A program made the translations under genes and the position numbers. This document shows positions 56,840-64,000 of a stretch of 64,000 bases of DNA, piece after piece (the first letter of the stretch is position 1; each line of letters opens with the position of its first letter). Source of the DNA: an uncultured virus (IMG/VR IMGVR_UViG_2627853864_000004) (taxonomy: Duplodnaviria; Heunggongvirae; Uroviricota; Caudoviricetes); the IMG/VR virus record IMGVR_UViG_2627853864_000004. The stretch is one strand, 5' to 3'. The notes under the pieces were generated by a model, which was given only the letters and a program-made list of their open reading frames with translations, was not told the DNA's origin and did not search any database.

Positions 56840-58069
56840 ATGACGGCACAACCCTGGTCCCTGCCGCCCGAGCTGAGCGCAGGGATGCTCGAAACCGGTT
56901 CTACAGGGGCGACGTGGGCAGCCGCGTCGGCCGCATGGATGGGTTTGGCGTCGACCACCTTGGCAACACTGGGCATCGTTGGCGAACAAATGATGGCCTC
57001 ACTGTCGTCCATCTCAGGCATGCGTTCGGCCATCCAATCAGCGGCGACGCCGCCCTTTATGACCTGGCTGGCCTCCATGGCTGCGATCGCGTTCAAACAG
57101 TCGGCGATCAATGCTGTAGTTGCCGAAAGTTATGGAATGTCGCGGACATCGATGATCCCGTCGGAGCAGTCGATCAACAATCGCGTGCGGGAGCTGGCAG
57201 CCGAGTCGACCAACTTCTTCGGGCAGAACACACCGCTGATCGGCGAGCTCAATGGAGAGTACGCCGCGTACACCGCCCAGAACACCATGATTGGAACCAC
57301 TTACGGCGAGGTGATCACGGCGGCCACGCTACCGGTGCCGATCCCGCCTCCGCCGCCACTGAGCAATGCGGCGTCCGCTGTCGCCGACGGCGCTCAGGCG
57401 GTGCAAGGTGCCACCAATATGGTGAGCAGCGCCGGACAAGGAGCTTCACAAGCTGCCACGCAGGCCACTTCGGCGGTTACCGATACGGGAGCGAGCACGG
57501 CCGGCACCTCCTCGGACATGACCTCGATGCTGGGGCAGTTCGGTTCGGTGCTGTCGAGCCCGATGCAGATGGCCTCCAGCTTGCCGCAGTCGTTTCAGCA
57601 GCTGCTGTCGGCACCGATGCAGATGTTCGGGTCGTTGTCCGGCATGGGTGATCTGCTCAACGGCGGATCGACCGGAAGTTCCTTCGCGCCTGCGACGTTG
57701 GCCGGTTCCGGTGGTCTTCCGCTGGGCAGTACCGGGATCAACCCTGCCTCGATGGGCGCCGGCGGAGGCGGCGGAGTCCCCGGAATGGGGGGCATGGGAT
57801 CGCCGTTGATGGCCAAGCCTACTGGCTCCAGTGACAGTGTCAGTGCACGGAATACAGTGCTGTCCGGCGTGTCAAATGTCGCCCAGGAGAAAGTGATCGG
57901 CAGCGCCCCGGTGGGAACCCCGGGTTCGGGGATGGCACCAGGAGCCGGCGCCGCTGGTGCTGGCGCACGTGACCGCAGCCGCTCCGATTCGGTCGTTCTG
58001 TCGTACGCCGGCAGCGGGGACATCCCACGCCGGGCGGCCGAAGGTAACGAGCGCGAGCAGTTCACTTGA
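56840..58069 (+). CDS. PPE family protein
   Basis: 'WSLPPELSAGML..G......AASAAW..LA'; 'NR.....TNFFGQNTPLI'. Confidence 0.9.
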   Translation: MTAQPWSLPPELSAGMLETGSTGATWAAASAAWMGLASTTLATLGIVGEQMMASLSSISGMRSAIQSAATPPFMTWLASMAAIAFKQSAINAVVAESYGMSRTSMIPSEQSINNRVRELAAESTNFFGQNTPLIGELNGEYAAYTAQNTMIGTTYGEVITAATLPVPIPPPPPLSNAASAVADGAQAVQGATNMVSSAGQGASQAATQATSAVTDTGASTAGTSSDMTSMLGQFGSVLSSPMQMASSLPQSFQQLLSAPMQMFGSLSGMGDLLNGGSTGSSFAPATLAGSGGLPLGSTGINPASMGAGGGGGVPGMGGMGSPLMAKPTGSSDSVSARNTVLSGVSNVAQEKVIGSAPVGTPGSGMAPGAGAAGAGARDRSRSDSVVLSYAGSGDIPRRAAEGNEREQFT

Positions 58070-58077
58070 GCGGCAAT

Positions 58078-59601
58078 TCAAGCCACGTTTCCCACTGCAT
58101 CGCCGCCGAGGACGGCCAGTGCCGCCGGCTCCGCTGGCTCGGGGGCACAGACCGCATACAGCGTGGTGTGATGCTTGGTGACATCTGAGCCAATCACCGC
58201 TAGCCGGGTTCCAGCCGGGAGCATCACCGCGTAGCCGCGGCGGGTGCGCACTGCGACACCGCGACGTACGCGTGCCTTCAGCGCAAGCCGGTGGCCTTCC
58301 CCGGGCACGACATCCTGGTCGATGCGTCCCAGCGTCGGTGCCGTCAATGTTGCTCCACCGGCGCTGCGCAACTCTGCGGCCAGAGCGCTCACGTCCTGCC
58401 ATGGAGGGGTCGCGAAGTTGATGGTGACTTCGACTTCAGTGCCGAAATCGAAAGGCTCTGCAGCAGCGAGCAGCGTTATCTCGTCACGGTGCACGTTCGG
58501 AAGCGTGACGTAATCCTCGAGGCGGGTGTCGGCGCTGAGCTCGTCGCCTGGATCACCACCGTGTCGCATCCTGGCGAGCATCCCAGGCGGCGCTTCCACC
58601 GGCCGTATGGAGGTGTCCGGCGCCAGTGGCAGTTCGCCTGCGGCCAGTGCTTCGAACGGGCCGGTTGCTGCAACCTCTTCGGAGCGCTGACCGCCGACCA
58701 ATTCCGCGATCGCTGCCGCCGCTGGGCTGACAAGGAATTTTCCCGGTGCGGCCCCAGGCTGCAGCACCAGCTCCTCGCCCGCTTCGCCACTGAGCCGGCG
58801 CGTCATCGAGGCCACCCAGCTGCGAACACCCGGTGAACACATCCGCAAGCAGTCCGTGACCACCTCCCGAGGCCAGCGCGTCGGGCTGCGGGTGTCCCCA
58901 ACGCCGGCGGTGATCTCCAGAGGTGCGGCGATTCGTGCGGTCCATGCGCCGGGCAGCGCATCGGGTCCCGCGTCGACCACAACCGTTGCGGGGTGTCCGG
59001 CGACGGTGACCGTCGAGGTGGCTCGCAGCCAGCGCATCCCTGTCGTACGACGGGAGTCTTCCCGGGTGGCGTAGTCGGGAAGCAGCGCAGTCCGGCAGCC
59101 GAGCATTCCGGTGCTGGAAAGCAGATCGCTCGCGAGTACGCCGGCCAGCGGCGCCGGTGCGGGGGCGTCTTTGGCGGTCATCTCGATCTGGCTGCAGGCG
59201 TGCTCGAGGAACCGGGTCTGCAACCGTGCCACCAACGCCGCCGCGGCGAACCACTCACGCCACGGGCGCGCCACGGCAGCGTTGAGTGTGTCGGGGTGGC
59301 CCGCCGCGGCGTCGGCCAGTGCCAGCGCCAAGTAATAGGCATCGAGGACGACCTGCTGATCGGACTCAGTGGCCCTGCGGGTCCGGGAGGGACGTGACAG
59401 TAGCACCTGCCGAAGGGCAGCAGCGGCTGACAAGTGCAGCATCTGCTCGTCGATGCGATGCCCGGCGGTATAAGCGACGTCGTCGGGATCGGGGTCCACG
59501 CCGTTCATCACCGCCGCGATCGCTTTCTGTGCACGGGTCAACCGCAGGGCGTTGGCGCGTACCGCTGACCGGCGGCGAAGCGGGGCCTGTGTCAGATCCA
59601 T
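58078..59601 (-). CDS. Hypothetical protein; C-terminus faintly ART-fold-like
   Basis: Long ORF; start uncertain; 'VMLPAGTRLAV'. Confidence 0.55.
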   Translation of the reverse strand: MDLTQAPLRRRSAVRANALRLTRAQKAIAAVMNGVDPDPDDVAYTAGHRIDEQMLHLSAAAALRQVLLSRPSRTRRATESDQQVVLDAYYLALALADAAAGHPDTLNAAVARPWREWFAAAALVARLQTRFLEHACSQIEMTAKDAPAPAPLAGVLASDLLSSTGMLGCRTALLPDYATREDSRRTTGMRWLRATSTVTVAGHPATVVVDAGPDALPGAWTARIAAPLEITAGVGDTRSPTRWPREVVTDCLRMCSPGVRSWVASMTRRLSGEAGEELVLQPGAAPGKFLVSPAAAAIAELVGGQRSEEVAATGPFEALAAGELPLAPDTSIRPVEAPPGMLARMRHGGDPGDELSADTRLEDYVTLPNVHRDEITLLAAAEPFDFGTEVEVTINFATPPWQDVSALAAELRSAGGATLTAPTLGRIDQDVVPGEGHRLALKARVRRGVAVRTRRGYAVMLPAGTRLAVIGSDVTKHHTTLYAVCAPEPAEPAALAVLGGDAVGNVA

Positions 59602-59731
59602 GATGCACACGGTATGCAGACGTGGAGGTTGTGGTCGTGCCCGCGGTACGACACGCCGGTGCCCGCACCTTACGCCTAGATGCCGACACAAGCGCAGCTG
59701 CGACCCGCGCCGTGTACGCGAGAACTGGCGG

Positions 59732-60106
59732 ATGCAACTTACTGTGCCCGCCATGATTCCGATCCAGGACGCCGGCCGAGGGACTCTGCTGTACATGCAC
59801 ACTCTGGCCTCGGCACTGGCCGCCACATCCGACGAGACGGTGGTGCTGCTGGACCTGACCGGTGTGCGGGAACCGTCCCCCGCCGCGCAGAAGGCAGCGG
59901 TAGCCGCACATCTGGACGCCGCGATGGCTCGGCTGGACGCCACGATCCGGTCGAAGAAAATGGCACCGGCACGGATACCGCGAGCCACGCAGGGACGCCT
60001 GATGATTCAGGACGGCGAGGTCTACGACGCTGTCGCCCACACCTACCAGCCGGGATTCCCTTTCGCCGCCTTCGTCACCGCTTTCGTCGCCGGCAGCCGC
60101 GGCTAG
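59732..60106 (+). CDS. Hypothetical protein
   Basis: GC3 bias; start uncertain. Confidence 0.5.
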   Translation: MQLTVPAMIPIQDAGRGTLLYMHTLASALAATSDETVVLLDLTGVREPSPAAQKAAVAAHLDAAMARLDATIRSKKMAPARIPRATQGRLMIQDGEVYDAVAHTYQPGFPFAAFVTAFVAGSRG

Positions 60107-60154
60107 ACGTGACCCGTTCCGTCCGCAGATCCAGTCAGATGAGGAGAGCCGATC

Positions 60155-62419
60155 GTGAGTGAGTCCACAGGGTCGCAGGGTGTCCCCAACCCGACCCACG
60201 ACGCCGCAACGAGTGACGCGACCAAGCCTGCCGCTGACGCTCCCCCAGCATCGGCACCGGGCACCGCAACAGCAGCAGCGAATACTCCTGCCGCTGCTAC
60301 CAACACCACGTCAACGACGAATGCGGCCAAACCGGCAGCCCCAGCTCCGTCAACTGCCGGCGCCGCCAAGCCCGCCGGCAAGCTCACCGCGACCGGAACG
60401 GTCAAGGGAGCCGGGGGCCTCTACAAGGCCCAGTACAGCAGGGGTGTCGATGTTCTCGACAAGGGGATCGAGAAACTCGGCGCCAAGGGAATGGCCAAGA
60501 GTGCCTTGAAGATAGGTGCCCGTGCAGTGCCCGGTATCGGCACCGTCGTCGGCCTCGGATTCGCCGCGCAAGACCTCAAAGACGGCGACGTTGTCGGTGC
60601 CCTTCTCAATACAATCGGCGCAATCCCCGGGCCCATCGGATGGATCGGATTGGGCGCAGGCCAGGCGTGGGAGGCATTCGGACCCGACTGGCACCTGTGG
60701 GGCAACGGCGGCGCCGGCTACGGACTGTGGGACGCCCCCGACGGCACTTCCACACACATGTTGCCCGCCGCGGCCAGTGAGGCCGCAGGGGTCCGAGAGG
60801 TCGACGCGGCGCTGGCGACGGTGCAGCGCAACATCTTCGGGTTTGAAGACGGGCCGAACGGCTCGGTGTGGAACTCGAACCCGCCGGCGGCACTGACCCT
60901 GGATACCCCGCAGGTCGAAGCCGCGGTGAAAACGTGGCTGACCGGTATCGCGGACTTGTTCCATCAAATGGATCAGACCATGGCCCAGTCCGGGGAGCCC
61001 TACTTCGAGCAGTACCGCCAGAAGCTGGCCCCGCACTTTTCGGCGATCGCGGCACTGCCCGACAAAGTCCCTGAGGTGATGGCGCAGCTGCGCGCCGGGT
61101 CCAAGGCAGCCGAATCCGCCTACGACGCGCTGCTGGCCGCCAATCGCAACGCCCGCAACCAGCTCACCGACCACGGCGCGCTGACCGATCAATCACCGGC
61201 GACAACGCTGAAGAACACCCTCGAAACAGAGCTGACCAAAGTGCAGGCCGCCGCCGACAAGCTGGCGACCGTGTTCGACGGCCCGATCCCGGCCCCGGTA
61301 CAGGCACGGTCGGCAACCGCCAGCCCGCACGACAAGACCGCCACCACCCCGGTCACCGCGCATCCGTCGCCACTGGCCCCGACACCCCCATCGCCGACCA
61401 GCCCGTCGGTGAAAGACACCGGCACAAGCGACAAGTCAGACCTGGGCAATCTGCTGTCGAAGCTGGGCCAAACCCCGCCCGCCGGTTCGATGGGCACACC
61501 GATGGGCGCACCGTCGACCGGCTCCGGCGGTGGCGGCACCCCGTTGAACAGCCCAGCATCGTCGAAACCGGATTCTGAGCCCAAGAAGTTGCTCGATGAC
61601 GACAAGGACCACAAGAAGCGCGAGGACCGCAAGCCCGAGCCGCTGACCGCGGTGAAGTCCGACACGGCCAAGCCGGCGAGCACTGCGCCGGTCACCGCGG
61701 GGACTGCCCCCGCCGCGCCGGTGACCGGTGTTCCACCGACCGCCAAGCCGGCGGTCGCACCCGAGCAAAGCAGAGAGGTTCAAGTGAAAGACCGCAAAGT
61801 CACCTTCCCCGACGCCAAGAGCGCCAAGCTGGCGCAGGTGCTGGCGGCCGCCGATCCGACGCATCCGGTGTCGCTGGCCGATGCCGCTGCCCAGGCCGGA
61901 CTCAAGCCTCCGGTACCGGGTCAGGACCTTGGGCAGCAGGTCGCACCGGTCGACGCCAAGCCCGGCGACATCCTCGACACCGGTGACAAGAAGTTCATGC
62001 TGCTCGGCGACGGCGCGTTCTACGACCTGTCGGAGTACAAGGTGGTCGACGCGAGCGCGCTGCCGCAGGACATGGGTGAGCGCGCCGCGTACTTCCATCT
62101 CGAAGATGCCGGTGCCGCATCCTCACCGGTATCCGGTCAGGCTCCCGCCGCGACGACCTTCGACGTTCCCGGCGGGACCCCCGAGCCACACGTTCCGGCC
62201 GACGGATCGCCCGCATCACCGGCCGCACCCGCGGGGGCCCCGGCCGATCCTGCCGTGGCGCCGGAATCCGGGACGCAGGCCATCCCGTCCGTCGGAACTC
62301 CCGGTGTGCCACGCCAGGGCGAGGGTGGGCCGGCCAACGCCGCGGCCACCGACACCGGCACCGGAACCGACGTCCCGTCGTCAACGGCGCCGCGGCTGGA
62401 TCCGGGTGCGGTCAAGTAA
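60155..62419 (+). CDS. Large T7SS-associated hypothetical protein
   Basis: RBS GAGGAG; 'AVPGIGTVVG...GALLNTIGAIPGPIG' hydrophobic hairpin; helical core; P/A linker. Confidence 0.75.
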   Translation: MSESTGSQGVPNPTHDAATSDATKPAADAPPASAPGTATAAANTPAAATNTTSTTNAAKPAAPAPSTAGAAKPAGKLTATGTVKGAGGLYKAQYSRGVDVLDKGIEKLGAKGMAKSALKIGARAVPGIGTVVGLGFAAQDLKDGDVVGALLNTIGAIPGPIGWIGLGAGQAWEAFGPDWHLWGNGGAGYGLWDAPDGTSTHMLPAAASEAAGVREVDAALATVQRNIFGFEDGPNGSVWNSNPPAALTLDTPQVEAAVKTWLTGIADLFHQMDQTMAQSGEPYFEQYRQKLAPHFSAIAALPDKVPEVMAQLRAGSKAAESAYDALLAANRNARNQLTDHGALTDQSPATTLKNTLETELTKVQAAADKLATVFDGPIPAPVQARSATASPHDKTATTPVTAHPSPLAPTPPSPTSPSVKDTGTSDKSDLGNLLSKLGQTPPAGSMGTPMGAPSTGSGGGGTPLNSPASSKPDSEPKKLLDDDKDHKKREDRKPEPLTAVKSDTAKPASTAPVTAGTAPAAPVTGVPPTAKPAVAPEQSREVQVKDRKVTFPDAKSAKLAQVLAAADPTHPVSLADAAAQAGLKPPVPGQDLGQQVAPVDAKPGDILDTGDKKFMLLGDGAFYDLSEYKVVDASALPQDMGERAAYFHLEDAGAASSPVSGQAPAATTFDVPGGTPEPHVPADGSPASPAAPAGAPADPAVAPESGTQAIPSVGTPGVPRQGEGGPANAAATDTGTGTDVPSSTAPRLDPGAVK

Positions 62420-62445
62420 GTGCGGATACACGGAAGGAACGATTG

Positions 62446-63411
62446 ATGGCCGGTGAGATCAGCAGCGACGGAGCGGCGCTTGTTTCCGGGGCGCAGAAGG
62501 CCGACAGCACGCTTCCCGGCAATGCTGACCGAACCCCCGCAGCCCCGGGGGTGCATCCAGGGTTGACGGCGGCAGTCGATGACACCACCAAAGACGGTGA
62601 GCGAGCGCGCGACAAGGTCAAAGACGGCACAAAGAAGACCGACAAGTTCGCCAAGGGTGTCGAGGATCTCGACAACAAGGGCGCCAAGGGCGTCAACAAT
62701 GTTGGCTCGATGCCCACGGTTCCGTCATCGGCACCCCAGCAGAGCGCACCAACGGCTCCCTCGCCCGCACCGATGCCGGCCCCGGTACCCGCAACCCCGC
62801 CAGCCGGTGTCACCAGTATCGACCCACAGATTCTGGCAGCGCTGATCGAAGCGTCGCGCGCGCAGGCCGAATCCGATGGCGCCAATGGAATCTTCCCTCA
62901 CAGCGACGATCCGTTCGCAGGCTCTTCGGCGACCTCGCCACAAAACCCCGATCCCCTTGACGTATCGCAAGTGTCGCTGGCGAAGTACCCCGGTGGACCG
63001 CTAACGGCCCAGGAAACAGCGTCCGTGATCAATCAGGCGCTGACCATCAACGGGATCCCTGATGACCCTGCCCTGCGTGAGCAGTGGCAGGCCTTGTATC
63101 AGCACATGTCCCAAGGCGAGTCCGGCGGAAATCCGAACGCCGGCAATGGATGGGATTCCAACGCGACCGGAATGATTATGGAGGATGGGTTACCGTCCAA
63201 CAGCAGCCGCGGTCAGTGGCAGTGCATTCCGTCCACATTCGCGGCCTACCACATGGCAGGTACGTCGAACTCGATCTACGATCCGGTCGCCTCGGCGAGC
63301 GCTTCGATCAACTACGTCATGGACACTTACAAGGTCGGGGCTGACGGTTCGGGTCTCGGCGCGTTCATGTCGCGTCAAGGTGTCGGTACGGGTGGATACC
63401 AGGGATACTAA
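62446..63411 (+). CDS. Lytic transglycosylase (SLT-like)
   Basis: 'GESGGNPNA.N.WDSNA', 'SRGQWQCIPSTF', 'IYDPVA...SINY'; no Sec signal. Confidence 0.88.
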   Translation: MAGEISSDGAALVSGAQKADSTLPGNADRTPAAPGVHPGLTAAVDDTTKDGERARDKVKDGTKKTDKFAKGVEDLDNKGAKGVNNVGSMPTVPSSAPQQSAPTAPSPAPMPAPVPATPPAGVTSIDPQILAALIEASRAQAESDGANGIFPHSDDPFAGSSATSPQNPDPLDVSQVSLAKYPGGPLTAQETASVINQALTINGIPDDPALREQWQALYQHMSQGESGGNPNAGNGWDSNATGMIMEDGLPSNSSRGQWQCIPSTFAAYHMAGTSNSIYDPVASASASINYVMDTYKVGADGSGLGAFMSRQGVGTGGYQGY

Positions 63412-63740
63412 GCCGGAAGCTGTTGTCGTGCCTTGTCAGTCGGACCGGGTGACGGCGGCGACACGGTGCCGCGACGCACGGCATTCGCCATCAGCGCCAT
63501 CAGTTCGCCTCGTTTCGCCGGTGTGCTGCTTTTTCTTCGGCGCGGGCCTGACGCAGCGCTGTCCGTGCGGCAGCGCGGCGGGAGCTTCTGTTCGTGGGGG
63601 TCAGGTTCGTGCCGGAGGCAGCGACTTGATCAAGGATCGAGGCCAGGCGTGCGAGGTCTGATGGTCCGTGCCGATTCTCGTGGCGAGTGTCGTTCAAAGC
63701 GTTGCGGCTTCCTCTTCGTTTTGATGTGCCGTCATCTGCG

Positions 63741-63998
63741 TCAGGCACTTAGGAGACTGGTGTCGTCGTCGAATAGCGTCGGCGGGTCGGGTGCCAGCGC
63801 CGAGCCGAAAGTGATTCGCGCGTTTGTGTGCGTACAGACGCGCGGCCTCAGGGGCGCGTCGTTCCGCCCGCACTTCGCCTGCACCGCATTGCGGGAAGCG
63901 ATAACTCGTACCAGATGCGCGACGCGCTCATCGTCAATCGCCCAGACGCACCCGGGGTGCGGAGCCTGCGACCAGTAGCCGAGTCCAAGCGCCCGACA
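63741..63998 (-). CDS. Partial hypothetical protein running off the window end
   Basis: Open frame 'GLGYWSQAPHPGCVWAIDD...' ending in TGA at 63741. Confidence 0.4.
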   Translation of the reverse strand, partial: CRALGLGYWSQAPHPGCVWAIDDERVAHLVRVIASRNAVQAKCGRNDAPLRPRVCTHTNARITFGSALAPDPPTLFDDDTSLLSA

Positions 63999-64000
63999 GG

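Overview
High-GC actinobacterial (mycobacterial-like) DNA that reads as part of a large plasmid or integrative conjugative element. I see no housekeeping synteny, virion genes, rRNA, tRNA or CRISPR. About 1-32 kb is a 'phage-early/leading region' type cargo of many small ORFs. It also holds a WGR-helical-PARP enzyme, a DUF2637 membrane/HTH protein flanked by short-motif repeat arrays, a two-subunit atypical type IIA topoisomerase, a pSAM2-like GntR/Nudix pair, an LpqH-like lipoprotein, a beta-clamp-like protein and an rIIA-rIIB-sigma factor-helicase operon. Five of these transcription units are preceded by the same 17-bp palindrome (ATCTCTA-AAA/TTT-TAGAGAT) built over the predicted -10 box. 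At about 34.3-34.6 kb lies a ~360-bp non-coding dyad with two nested inverted repeats sharing one axis, next to a seven-HTH protein gene; this is a candidate replicon. About 36-48 kb carries AbiEi/AbiEii, an antirepressor/XRE repressor switch, a lipoprotein serine protease, a WXG100-WXG100-toxin-immunity-YbaB cassette, relics of a second cassette and a HigBA-like TA pair. About 48-64 kb is a type VII secretion substrate/accessory cluster (small helical proteins, NlpC/P60, EspK-like, PE-like, PPE, lytic transglycosylase); no ecc core genes fall inside the window. All family assignments come from motif recognition by eye; no database searches were run.
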